DNA of 64,000 nucleotides from Lytechinus pictus (GCF_037042905.1 NC_087251.1:8682001-8746000); one strand, 5' to 3'; shown: positions 1 through 11,392, counted from the stretch's first letter. Notes: generated by a model from the sequence alone, not told the origin. Numbers and translations are program-made.

Positions 1-455
1 GCTCAACCCCCAGGCTCATACACTGTAATGTGCATGGTGCTGAATAGATGAAGCATGTGAAGCCTTAAAGCACTAGGAGTTTATTTGTTAAGATGTCAAG
101 AATTAACCACTTCCCTGAATATTTCTTGACTGATTTCACTATTTTGTACAAACAAAAAGGGTACAGAAAAAAAGGAAGGAACTTGTGGCGCAGATCTCCA
201 AAATATCATTCAGATCGATACGAAAAATTGCCTCATTTTCGTTACAGCGCAACTAATTTGTATATTCAGATGTCGCTTGAATGTGTCAGCATGATTGCTT
301 AAACCCACTTTTTAAAAGACACTATACACATGCATGGGTATTATTTGAGACTAATTCTGTGTATGCTTCCCTGGCAGACACAAATACCCCTATTAGATCT
401 CCATGACCAATTAACTAAGGTTATGTAATGTTCAGTTGTTATATTTCTTCCTTAC

Positions 456-624
456 CTGACGACAGATCCAGGTCTTCTGTATTAGGCAAGTTTGCTTGCA
501 CTTTCTTGTTGCTTTCTTTTGGCGTTCTGGCAGGATCACGATATCTGACGTTCCTTAGCCGCATTTCAATGTAACCTGATGAATCTTTTGTTTTGTTTTG
601 GCTTGCTGGAGTGAACCAGGTCAA
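456..624 (-). CDS. Coding exon 6 of the transposon SAM-domain accessory gene (LTWFTPASQNKTKDSSGYIEMRLRNVRYRDP...); the gene continues off the window
   Basis: Acceptor ttttactttaaag|TTG at 624 and donor CAG|gtaagg at 456; 169 nt, phase 0 to 1. The W-F...GYIExRLRNVR motif resembles SAMD3-like ORF2 proteins of animal EnSpm elements (recognised from memory). Confidence 0.8.
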
Positions 625-1048
625 CTTTAAAGTAAAAGAGTAAAAAAAGTAAAACAAAACTATTGAATTTTAGAAGTAGAGATCACTGTTCATAAGAATT
701 TGTATTACCCTTTGGGGTAACTGTACGGTCAATCAGATTTACCTTAATAAAGGCTTGCCCAATCTGAGACAATAACCTTTCAATGATTTAAGCATTTAGA
801 CTTTCAGTTGTATCAAGTTTCATCCACTTTTGTCTGGTTGAGTAAATAATAACCTGCTGCAGATAACGTGTTCAGGGGGTCATTTAGCATTAGCTGATAT
901 TAAGTATAAACAATGGTTATCTTGGTCATCATGAGCCTAAAGTCAATGATGAACATGGCTTGTAAATGGGTGATCCTATCTTTAACAAGTAACAATGTTA
1001 CACACAATTTATCTAGCCATGAACTAACATAATGAACTCAAAACTTAC

Positions 1049-1133
1049 GTAAGCATCATGATCATCATTGTCCAACGCAGGAAACTGGGTAACAATGCAT
1101 TTTGCCATTGCCAATTTTTGCTCTGTTTTAGGC
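1049..1133 (-). CDS. Coding exon 5 of the SAM-domain accessory gene (WPKTEQKLAMAKCIVTQFPALDNDDHDAY)
   Basis: Acceptor ttttcatttttctaaag|G at 1133 and donor TAC|gtaagt at 1049; 85 nt, phase 2 to 0, matching both neighbouring exons. Not in the ORF track. Confidence 0.8.
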
Positions 1134-1998
1134 CTTTAGAAAAATGAAAATTGAATGTTTAAGAATATTGTTTTAAAAGGCTATATATATTAGAGATTAA
1201 ATGCAATTCTTTGCAGGGAATAAATTACCTAGTATCGCATCGCAATTTGCTTTGCTTTTTTGCAGGGCTGCTACACAAAATTTACTTTGTGTCACAATTT
1301 TTTTTCCATGGGATTGTACATAATTTGTTTTAAATATTTTCCCATCTCCAAAAATTTCTAATCAAATCTGGGAAGCAAAATTATTCCCTGCTTTGAATTG
1401 TAGTCTGATGAACTTCTGCTTCATCGGTGATCTGCTTTGAGAATATCCTTTATATAGCAAAATTTTGATCCACCCATTTTCTGATTTTAGTAATTCCAAA
1501 CTCCCATCCTTTAATAAAGCAGACAAACAGTGCAAGGTGTATGTATCACACCAAACTATTTCCAAGCACCTGCATAATACACATGTAATGTCAGCTCATT
1601 GCATGTATTTGTTATGTAAATGTGATAAACAATTCAAAAGCTGTGTTTAAATATCAACACACAAGTTTCAATTATGCCATGAAAATGTAAAAAAATATAA
1701 ATTTATGTGAAATTTGTTAGATAAGATTACATGTATACAATTTTTATACCAAGTGTCTGGTTATTTCTGGTATGCAATGCACCAGTTAAGTTGATAATTA
1801 ACTTTTGTGTCATCTACAAGAGAAAGGGATTGCTTTTGAAATGGTATGTATGTGTCTGTGGTCAAACTTTTAATCCTTGACATCTATTTGATCACTGGAG
1901 TCAATTGGTAAGGCAAATAAGCAAATAAACTACCACATAGTATAGCACATCTAAATACGCTAGCATTTCCTTTTTCTGCTCATAGGATTTTAGCTTAC

Positions 1999-2138
1999 CA
2001 CTTTGTATATGTCTCTATCAGGTGTGAGACCAATGTGTTCACTATCAATTTTCGTGAATTGTAGCTGATGCACCCTTCCTCCATCTCCTTTATAAGCTCC
2101 TCCCCCTCTCTCCGTTTGGACAAGATGGCTCGTATGTC
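1999..2138 (-). CDS. Coding exon 4 of the SAM-domain accessory gene (DIRAILSKRREGEELIKEMEEGCISYNSRKLIVNTLVSHLIETYTK)
   Basis: Acceptor cttctgatctgcag|GAC at 2138 and donor TG|gtaagc at 1999; 140 nt, phase 0 to 2, open frame. The RKLIVNTLVSHL helix resembles this ORF2 family. Confidence 0.8.
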
Positions 2139-2308
2139 CTGCAGATCAGAAGTGATTACAAAGAAAGGTCATAAGTGGATGCTTTAAGTGATCCATGTAT
2201 GTGCCGGGGCCTTCACATCTAGAATATGAGAGAGATACTATAGGAACAGGAACAAACAAGGAGCCTAGCTAGTACATTTTTTTTCTTCATTTTGCGCCAA
2301 CAATCGTT

Positions 2309-2559
2309 AAATGTGGTACCATCATCCAAATCGATAGTTTCTGGGATTGTTTTCATACCTTTTTTTTAAATTAATTTCATATTTTTCTAAAAAACAGCCA
2401 ATATGTGTCAAATAACTGCTTTACAAATCATGGGTTTTTTGGTTTAAAAAAATGATTTTTGCCTTTACTGACAAATATTTTGAAAAATAGGAATTTAACT
2501 TAAAAAGAAAAAACAAAACATACCCAAGAACTATCGATTTAGATGATGTTTACCCATTT
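2309..2559. mobile_element. Small MITE-like inverted-repeat element in an intron
   Basis: ggtaccatcatccaaatcgatagtttctggga (from 2315) is an imperfect inverted repeat of acccaagaactatcgatttagatgatgtttacc (2522-2554). No clear TSD. Confidence 0.55.
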
Positions 2560-2807
2560 TTTACCCAAAAGTATTTTTTCTAGGCTTGTTAAAAAAATTG
2601 GATAAATAACTTGCTGTTTTTGGTGAGTTTCTGAAAAGCAAGTTCTTAATCTAAAATCTGATGCTATAATTAGATTTCTTGTGAAATTTCCTTTTAAAAA
2701 GTGTCTACATTTATTCAGCATACATTATCAGTTTTCAAGTTACAATGAAAACAATTTTACAGAAGTCGCAAGGCTCTGACCTCCCTTAATGTTGATTAAA
2801 AACTTAC

Positions 2808-3092
2808 ATGAGCCATCTTGATCTTTTTAGCCTCGGGTGGTTTGATGATAGATGTTGATGAACTGCTTGGGATAGACACTGACGAGTTGCTGGTGTTTGG
2901 GATATCTTCTGGTGGTTTAGATGTTGATGATGAACTGCTTCGGATAGACGTTGAGGAGTTGCTGGTGCTTGGGATATCTTCTGGTGGTTTGATGATAGAT
3001 GTTGATGAACCACTTGGGATAGACAGTGAGGAGTTGCTAGTACTTGGGATATCTTCAGAGAACGTGCAATCTTCAGAGATCAATGATGGTCC
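2808..3092 (-). CDS. Coding exon 3 of the SAM-domain accessory gene; Ser/Thr/Pro-rich linker with three tandem 23-25 aa repeats (EDIPSTSNSSxSIPSSSSTSIIKPP)
   Basis: Lies within ORF 2796..3164(-). Strong donor CAT|gtaagt at 2808 (phase 0). The acceptor is tentative: a pyrimidine tract ending cttgag|GGA at 3092 gives the required phase 0, but GAG is an atypical acceptor. Confidence 0.6.
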
Positions 3093-3832
3093 CTCAAGTA
3101 GTGAAGTGCAGAACAGATGGTTATTAATACAGTAAATCATTAAATTTGTTTTCACAATTCCCAAAACAGAGTGCTCAATGGATTCCCAGAGATAATTTAT
3201 TCAAAATTCCAAAAGTTCCAATCAGCATTTAATCACTATACTACTTATAGTTTCATACAAGAGTTGTACTAAGATCAGGTAGAATCACTAAATCTTTACA
3301 AAACTCCCTAGCTGGTTTACAAGCTCTTTCAGGAGTTCCTGAGCTATTGAGCTACTCAAACATGAAGGTCTATGTACTCCTTTGTTTTTTTTTTGGTCTG
3401 TTTGTTTTTATGTCAAAGCATCGACTTTTTTTTTTAAACTAAGAGTTTCTATTACATGTAAAACTTGAAAACTTATATACAGTATTAACATCCAAGTTTT
3501 TAGACCAAAAATTTGGATCCTGCATGTCCGTCAAAGTGTCAAGTTACATTGCTATGAACAGCAAGCAGTCATAAAGGAAGTGAGTTGTGAGTTGAAATTG
3601 TAACGAATTAATCAGATTTCTTCACATGCACAATGTGTATGCAGGTCAGAAACTCTACATGCAAACAAAAAATGTTATCTACATTGTGCATGTGTGCTGT
3701 GCACCCTCTACATGTGCATTGTATATCGAGCTCTGGCTCAAAATTAATGGTTTGTGACCTGCAGTAGATTGAAAATCCTGTTTTAGTAACTTAGCAAAAT
3801 AAATCAATCTTTTTTGCGATTGAATTACTCAC

Positions 3833-6346
3833 CTACAACATACATCTTGTGCTTATGTAATACAAGTCATCATCGTCATCATAGGATTTAGTAGCATGCA
3901 GGGGATTAGAGTCAATCAAATTCTCAACTTGAACCACAGTTATTTCCTTTGGCTCTTTAGGTTGTACCGCATAAGCATGGAAGTGTCTTTTAAATCCATA
4001 TGTATGCCACAAATGGCACACAAGAAAAACTGTTGTACCAACTGCAAGCACTGTTCTCACATTTCCAAATTGGGCATCTCCATTGTCATTTTTGCTAACT
4101 GCCACCATCATATTTTCACGATACTCAGTACCATAAACCTTGCACCACTGTGCAACATATATATCATCATATAAAGGTATGCTACATGTCTGAGATATAA
4201 TTTCAGCACCTTCCAATGATGCTAACATCACAGATAAACCAGGACCTGTTTCAACAGATTTCTGTGTCATTGTCTGATTGCTTAATACGTTATAGCAAAG
4301 CTGCATTTGGTTTCTGTAGGCTAGAGTTTTGGCAATATTTCTGAAATTGCACACAATGTGTGCCAAACGTTTAGAAAAGTTGTGCTTTCCTTCGAAACGC
4401 ATCACCCAATAAATAATGAGAGGTCCAAGCAGCTGCATTGCTGAAGGGTAGTGGCTCATGAAGTGGTGTTTCGGCTTCAGATCACGATCAGGAAAGAGTT
4501 GCAAAAAGAGCATGTGGTGGTCTCTAATTAATTGTGCCAAGAACAAGGTATGTCCCTTGCTTATCTTAGATGAAAAAATGATATCCATACATTGTTTCAA
4601 AGCTACGATAAGTTCCCAGTGCTCATCATCTTCTTGAATAAGATCTGCAAGCATAACTCCAATATGACGGACAAGGCACCACATTTGTGCTGCATGCTGT
4701 CCTGCAGCACCATCAGGAAAACGAAGCTGATTGCTAGTGAAGGGGCAGGGTTTGTTACTTGCATCAGGTAGGCCGTAATTGAAACTCGTAATCCTGGCAT
4801 TTAATGTTTCTAATGTAAAAGCTTGTTTTCTGATAAGTTCATGCAGCACCAATTTCACCTCCAAGGGGCACACTCCCTCTAGCATGTCATGCATGATGTC
4901 TGGTGCTCTGTTGTCTAGAGTATGAAAGTGTGTCAATTCATTCAAGATACATGGTGATTTTATACCAGTCTCTTGTAAGCTATTCCTATTAAGGTCCAGT
5001 TGATAATTCTCAGGTGTCCGCATTACTTCTTTTCTTTCAAGTAAAGCATGCTTTATGTCAGCACGTGGCATTCGGCAAGTTCTGCATGGAAAGTTTGCTG
5101 TGAAGCCCTCGCTGAAACCAAACAATGAGTGAATCCCTAGATTGTCTCCTACTACTTGTGCTATCCCAACCTTTACAACTCCATCAAGAGTGTCGGTATG
5201 AATGGCTATACCATCTGACTCAAGCACCTTCAGATCTTTCAGCAATTGTGACAAAATCACAGGATATCCATAAAGTTTTGCGTCACTTGAATTGAACAGC
5301 ATCAACAAATATATGTTTGCTAAAGTTGACCGGTATTGAGGTGGTACACTAGCAATTTTGAAATACACTCCTGTCAGTTTGTGAGTCCCAGACTTAGGAC
5401 TAAGAGGGTTGGTAACCTCGAAGTCATCTACATACAGAATTAGTTTGATTGTACGAGTGCTAGATAAAAACCTACTTTGCCTGCAGAAAAAACCATCTTG
5501 AAAATCATGCATCATACCATCTGTGCTTGGTACATAGCTTACAGCTAGTTTCATAAGATCTGTTTTTTCAAGCAATAAGGTTATTAGCTTTTTAATTGGA
5601 ATGTACTGGCATGTGATAGTCTTCATAACCTGCTGCACATTGCCTGTTAAACGGTTATTACATGGATAATATGCAATACCTATTGTAGTTTGTTCAGGCT
5701 GAATAAAAGCTGCACTGTTCTTGAAGAATTTCTTCTGCTTGTATTGACTTTCCATGTTATCAAACGGGTGGGAAACCATATCTATATCCAATAGGAGACT
5801 TTGAAATTCATCATTTTCTTCAAGTCCAGTTTCTGCACCGAATTTTTGCACCTTATATTTTATATACATACACGTGTCTTTAACTAAAGAAGCTGACTTT
5901 TCTACAACTTCATTAACTGTGGTATGGACAATGCTACTGTTTGCCAGCAGACCCGCAACCAGCATGACAGCCCGTTCCTTAATTTCATCCTCACCAAAAT
6001 AATCCCACATCTCAGCATCCCCTTCTGTTGGGTCAATGTCAACATCAATGTTTTCAGCAAAATCATTGCCTGCGTCAACATCTGCAGCATTATCAAAATT
6101 ACCATGTGGACGTGGTGGGACATGGCCATGTGGTTCTCTAGTACAAGCATGACTCATCAAGTGGCGCTTGAACTGTTCCGTTCTGCCTGAGAATGTTCGT
6201 TGGCACCCTTCCTGCATACATACTATACTTTCTGTAAAAATACGGCCCTTAATAACACCATGTCGATTCTGTAAATGCCATAAAATTGCTTTACTGCCAC
6301 CGTCTATAAGTTCACCACACTTGGGACAAGTACAATTATATTCCAT
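3833..6346 (-). CDS. CACTA/EnSpm (CMC) DDE transposase, 837 aa, intronless and apparently intact
   Basis: Two N-terminal C2H2-like fingers (CPKC...HLQNRH; CMQEGC...HLMSH). CMC-type catalytic signature: YVDDFEVTNPL (D), GDNLG (D), CRTC (CxxC), PDIMHDMLEG, KPKHHFMSHYP (HxxxH), WVMRFEGKH (E). No stops or frameshifts. Confidence 0.92.
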   Translation of the reverse strand: MEYNCTCPKCGELIDGGSKAILWHLQNRHGVIKGRIFTESIVCMQEGCQRTFSGRTEQFKRHLMSHACTREPHGHVPPRPHGNFDNAADVDAGNDFAENIDVDIDPTEGDAEMWDYFGEDEIKERAVMLVAGLLANSSIVHTTVNEVVEKSASLVKDTCMYIKYKVQKFGAETGLEENDEFQSLLLDIDMVSHPFDNMESQYKQKKFFKNSAAFIQPEQTTIGIAYYPCNNRLTGNVQQVMKTITCQYIPIKKLITLLLEKTDLMKLAVSYVPSTDGMMHDFQDGFFCRQSRFLSSTRTIKLILYVDDFEVTNPLSPKSGTHKLTGVYFKIASVPPQYRSTLANIYLLMLFNSSDAKLYGYPVILSQLLKDLKVLESDGIAIHTDTLDGVVKVGIAQVVGDNLGIHSLFGFSEGFTANFPCRTCRMPRADIKHALLERKEVMRTPENYQLDLNRNSLQETGIKSPCILNELTHFHTLDNRAPDIMHDMLEGVCPLEVKLVLHELIRKQAFTLETLNARITSFNYGLPDASNKPCPFTSNQLRFPDGAAGQHAAQMWCLVRHIGVMLADLIQEDDEHWELIVALKQCMDIIFSSKISKGHTLFLAQLIRDHHMLFLQLFPDRDLKPKHHFMSHYPSAMQLLGPLIIYWVMRFEGKHNFSKRLAHIVCNFRNIAKTLAYRNQMQLCYNVLSNQTMTQKSVETGPGLSVMLASLEGAEIISQTCSIPLYDDIYVAQWCKVYGTEYRENMMVAVSKNDNGDAQFGNVRTVLAVGTTVFLVCHLWHTYGFKRHFHAYAVQPKEPKEITVVQVENLIDSNPLHATKSYDDDDDLYYISTRCML

Positions 6347-6401
6347 TAGAATAGTGTTTCCGATATACTCCTTTACAGAGTAAAAGTCAAAATAAAAGTA
6401 C

Positions 6402-6517
6402 CTTCAATTCCTTTATCCTTTGGAGCAGCTTTGATCTTGGACCAAGTGGCTTTATCAAATCCGCTTTCACAGCTTGATCATCAAGGAGAAGGAGGGTTTC
6501 TTGGTCAATCTCTTGTT
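6402..6517 (-). CDS. Coding exon 2 of the accessory gene; C-terminal part of a SAM domain (EQEIDQETLLLLDDQAVKADLIKPLGPRSKLLQRIKELK)
   Basis: Acceptor ttttatttgtaacag|AA at 6517 and donor AAG|gtactt at 6402; 116 nt, phase 1 to 0. EIDxExLLLL...LGPRxKL is a typical SAM pattern. Confidence 0.85.
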
Positions 6518-8211
6518 CTGTTACAAATAAAACCATATGACCATATTCCGTGTTATTCATGATCCAGATTACAGGCATTGTGGGCATGTGTGTTTTTACC
6601 AGGTTTTCATGAGGGGTGTAATTAGAAAGAAAAAAAATTAGTGGTTCTTGAGTCGAAGTTCTCGCTTCGATCTCATGGAGCAGTAGTTGGGGAATCTTCA
6701 TAATACATACAATGTAGCTGAATTTGGTAGAATTTAATTGGTATCAAATTCAAGAAACACTTTTGAAGTTTGAAACATAATATTTGCTGATGACCTACAC
6801 AAATCTTGGAAAATTAGGAAGATTCAAAGTTCTTCACATGGCTTTCTAGTGCGCATGTAAGCAAAATCTTTCTGCAATATTAGCGTAAGTGATAATGGCG
6901 CAAAAAACCTGAGGCACACTATGTTTATCTCACACATATTAATGCATTGCATCTTCCCTTTTGTGTTCTAAGCATGCAAGGACCCAAATTCCCCAAAATG
7001 CCCTTTAATATTTGACCAACTGAAAATCATATGACACCCCTCCCCCATAAGTTTCTCCTTGCCCCTTCCCCTGTAAATAATGCACGCTCTTTATCGACCA
7101 AAATTTTCCTCTGTGTAATTTGATGGGAAACATATCGATTCTAATCGGATACTCTAATAGTCGCTACAGATAAACCATTTGCAATAGAAAGCTCAAACTT
7201 CTTGAGGATGTCAAACTTAGTATTATCTTTATTCTGGTATCCTTTGATAAGCAAAAAATTCAAAAAAATTTTGAAAGAATGAAAAGCACCCTCATGCTAC
7301 ATTTTAACCTATGATGGCGCATTTCACAAAAACGAAATGTCTGATTTTTACAGAACTTTCAAAATCTTGTATTTTGACTTCATTTGCATCTAATTTGACA
7401 CCAAAGGTACAGAAATATTCACTGAAAATGAGTGAAATTAAGTAACTTTTTGCTCCTTCCCACAATTTCAATAGCTATGAGCTGACATAAGAGGGCATGG
7501 CGCACCTTTTTGGTAAACACATAGTCCAAAATTTTTCCATATTATATTGAGATAAGTCATTTCCCACAAAAAAAACACTGTTGTAAAAATTAAATTACCA
7601 AAAAAGTGTTTTTGACCCCTGTATAAAGCCCACTCCTACTTCAACAACAAACATAAGGCGGAACAAAATTGTTCTGGTTACATACTGCCCAGAAAGTTGG
7701 GTAAGTCTGTCGGCAAAACATTTTATTTTGAACAACAATTTAAAGTTGATCGCTCATTATAAATATTCCAAGTAAAAATGAGTGCAAAATTTGGAAGTTT
7801 GACATCACACACCTTCAAGCTTGCTAACCCCCTACAAGCCAAACAGCTCCGTAGGTCAAAGCATGGCCAAACAAATCCATAGCCAGACAGGCTCACATTA
7901 TAGATGGAATATTATTTTATTGTTGCTTGAGGAATTTCTCGAACGGATAAAAAAGTGTGTAAAGTGATTTGTTACTAACCATGAACGCCCAACGTTATTC
8001 TCGGACTTTGATTGAACGGCAGTAAATGTCTTGCGTGCTGCGTACATTCAAATACGGAAGGCTTAGGCATGCATTTACTGTGCATATTTAACACTGTTTT
8101 GCATACCAAATGCAGTGTTAAACTCAATTAAACTTGCTCAGTCTGAGAAATTCTTCAAGCAACAATATCAAATTTTGCGACAGTTGAACAGTTATGATTA
8201 CAAAAGCTTAC

Positions 8212-8278
8212 CTTCAAAATTTTCCAGAAATCTTTCCAGCCCCCACATCACTAGTTTCTCTTTAACAAAGTCATCCAT
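8212..8278 (-). CDS. Coding exon 1 (start codon) of the accessory gene; N-terminal part of the SAM domain (MDDFVKEKLVMWGLERFLENFE)
   Basis: ATG at 8278 and donor GAAG|gtaagc at 8212 (phase 1), which joins in frame to the 6517 exon and completes a SAM-like ...WGLERFLENFEEQEID... Candidate upstream acceptors at about 8298 and 8327. Confidence 0.8.
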
Positions 8279-8692
8279 GATGACAACACACTCCAATCTG
8301 GAAGGAGATCCGTGAAAAGGAAGGAGCTGTATAAAAAGGGAAGATAATCATTATCGGGGTTAAAAGTTTGGTTCAACTTTTTAATTTGACATCACATTTT
8401 CAATTTGACTTAACTCATATATAGAGGACCCTCTCCTAATGGCCTCAAATGTTGAAAATTAGTTTTGCATAAATCTGTTTCTATCTCTTTCCTACGAGGG
8501 CTAGCATTTTCTTGTGAGGGGGGGGGGTCCAAATTTACAAAAAGTCGACGGCGATAAAGTTACAACACCCCTATTTCAGCAACAAAAATTTAATAACCCC
8601 CATCAATGATACACTTTACCCCCTAAAGAGGCTAAAATTGTATTGAAATCAGTCCTTTTGAGCAAAATAAACACACTATCTGTGGTCATCAG

Positions 8693-8862
8693 GTGGGTGT
8701 TTCATAAAGCTGTTCGTAAAGTTACGAACGACTTTACGCACGACTGGAACATGTTCTTAGGTCATAATTCAATTACATAGGGATATCACAGAGCACAAGA
8801 AAGGATCACCAGTCGTTCGTAAAGTCATTCGTATCTTACGAACAGCTTTATGAAACACCCAC
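8693..8862. mobile_element. PIF/Harbinger-like MITE, 170 bp, with 3-bp CAG TSD
   Basis: Perfect 27-bp TIRs gtgggtgtttcataaagctgttcgtaa / ttacgaacagctttatgaaacacccac, with further imperfect symmetry inward. CAG flanks both ends (8690-8692, 8863-8865). Superfamily inferred from the 3-bp TSD. Confidence 0.8.
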
Positions 8863-10294
8863 CAGGTGACTTCAAACTTTTTGATCATCAAAATGTCATT
8901 TTAATACTCCTTGGGTATAAATTTTTCTAAAATTTAACTCTTGGGCGATTATGAGACACATTTCTTTTTTATTTAAATTTTTTCCCCTCAAATAGAGCTC
9001 AAACTAAATTTCTATCTGATTTAATTTGACATGATAGACTAGAGCTGAATTAAGAAGCACTCATACAGGAATGTTAATTATTTGTCTCTGGAGACATAAG
9101 AACATTTATAAGATGGAAACTATCCCCTCTAATTTCATAATTTTTTCGATTTTGAGAAAACCATTAGAGTGGTGGGTTTGTATGTTGCTGCTGTTTCTAC
9201 AACATAAAAAATCAATAGGTGTGGGTAAAAAATACAGTTGTCTATAAGGCAAGGGCAATAATGGAACTTGTAAACATAAAACTGGCAACGAGTTCTCAAG
9301 CTTTAAAATGGGCCAAAAATTAGTTTAAAAAAATCAGTTCTTTGAGCCCCTATTTTGGTGCCTTTCCATTCTTTAAGCCCCTATTTTCAGCCCTGCGAAT
9401 CTCACACCCATACCAAAACAAAAGTTTAGTACCCCTCCCCCCCCCCCCCCGATCGATATTTGCTCTTGGAACCAAATTATGTCTCACATATATGAAATTC
9501 TTGTAGGCCTACATGGCATTATAAGCTTAGTGTTCAAAAATAAAAATTCCAGGGGAATTCGTCCCCTCCCCCCCCCCCCTTAGTACTGCCACTGCTGAAA
9601 AATGTCTCTGGAGTGGCTTCTGACATGACTTGCCGCGATAAATTGCTCTGACTTAACCCATTTTAGATGTGCCACTGAGCGAAATCATGCACGCTCGCTT
9701 TAAAAGACAATATCTGATCTGATTTTGTAGGCACACAATATTTCATTTCCAGTAATTTTTCAACAAACCCCCCCCCCCAAAAAAAAAAAAACATTTTAAG
9801 GCCAAGTAAAACAAAAAAAAATGGTTCTCTTCTGGTTTTTGGAAAAATAGGAGGGGCTCTTTGTTTTTTATTGAATTAATTTCTGAATACCTACGGTTTA
9901 TAGCACTATATTTTCAATATGCGGTGCCCCCCAAAAAGATGGAGGCCTTTTTATTTTCTTGTTTCAAACATCTTTATAAAACAAGTTATATGGCCTTGGG
10001 AATTAAAGTTCCGGGGAGGGGAGGTAGTAGACTTGCATCTTTTTGAAATCACACAGGGCTTTATTTTTGTTCATTATCAGATCACTTATATAATATTCTG
10101 AGAAAATAAAAAAGTCCTGAATACAAAGTCTGTTGCAATTAGAATTTGTTGAAATACATGTAAATATATGCAAATGTCTCTAATTTCCCCCCTCGATCGG
10201 ATTTGTTCTTTTTTACTAGCCCTGACAATATACATATCGGTCATATCAGACCAGCAAACTAAGCTAATTGCCTGACAGTGACTTTTACTGGTAA

Positions 10295-10640
10295 GGCCAA
10301 GTAAAATCAATTCCTAGTTTCTCGTCCGGATTTTTCGAAAATGAGGAGGGGGTTCCATGTTATTTATTTGATATTTGATTTTTTTTTATACACAAAAATG
10401 CTATTGGGTCAACTTCAACACATTCTTCACAAATTTAGTAACACTTGTACTACACTACAGAGGATCGAAACAAGGTGTAATTGCATATTAATGTTTTTTG
10501 GTATATCATTGTCTAGAAGTCCTCATATTTTTATTCATATCATTTCAGAACAAAAATATCAAATAACAAAGCAATTAAGGCGGCCCCAAAAAAAGGAAGG
10601 AGGGGACGAGAAAAAAAATTGAAATTATTTTTATTTGGCC
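10295..10640. mobile_element. MITE with GGCCAA termini (Harbinger-like); a related degraded copy lies at about 9800-9995
   Basis: Left end ggccaagtaaaatcaattcctagtttctcgtcc resembles the reverse complement of right end ggacgag...ttttatttggcc. Flanks are TAA and TCA. The same ggccaagtaaaa start occurs at 9800. Confidence 0.6.
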
Positions 10641-11392
10641 TCATCTGACCACCTGACAGGTGTGTGTCAAGCCCTTTTTTTTGGGGGGGTGGTCTACATA
10701 TGTGACCTACTATCTCAAAAGCCCACAATAAGTCACCTAAAATGAGTTTTGAAATTTTCATTGTTGAAATTCCATTATTTTAATTATATTATTCTAGAAT
10801 TTACAAGACGGCTGTGCCCTTAGCCTTTAGGTGTTGACATGCGTAGTCAGTCACAACTATGTCAACAGAGGGTTTCCTTTATGATAAAAATATTGAGGCC
10901 TAATCTTAAAGATCCATAATGCTTAGAAAATGTTTCGAATCGGCTACTCTTAAAATGTGGGATAATTCATCAAAGCACATAGTAATAAAGTACTAAAATC
11001 TACAAGAAAGGCCAACTGAGAAACTCTGATTTCTGAAACGAATTGAAATAAAATCACAGGTTTCTGGTAGGCTTTGAGTTTCCCCCTCCTGCGCTAAGCG
11101 TGGAAGCTTTGAAATTTCCTGAAATCATTAGCAAAAGAAGACAATCTTTGTTGTGATTCTACATCTGCCCTTTCCCTAACTTCTCTTACTTTTTCATTTT
11201 TTTTTCTCTCTCCCCCTTTCTCCCTCTCTCCTTTTTTTGTTTTTTTTTGGGGGGGTGACTGCCCCAACCCCCCCAGCTACATGCCTGGTAGTTATGACAC
11301 TGATGGCTAGTTTTATCTCAATGTCAATCTTGACACTTTGCCAAAGACTCTCTTTGCATGCATATAATATAGGCCTAGGCCTACATAAAAAA

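Noticed and set aside
1229..1270. Possible extra 42-nt exon of the SAM gene (tgtgtag|CAGCCC...ACTAG|gtaatt), frame-preserving in phase 2
   Set aside because: Weak splice signals, and it would interrupt the apparently continuous ...ETYTK-WPKTEQK... segment. Not supportable without RNA data.
2818..3135. 105-aa plus-strand repetitive ORF (and 2804..3013 on minus)
   Set aside because: Antisense or alternate-frame shadows of the tandem-repeat exon.
6387..6701. 104-aa ORF as a standalone gene
   Set aside because: Only 6517-6402 is SAM-like and bounded by splice sites; the rest reads as intron.
10944..10956. ctactcttaaaat as the second CACTA TIR
   Set aside because: It lacks the CAC start and subterminal repeats, and it would exclude the transposase from the element.
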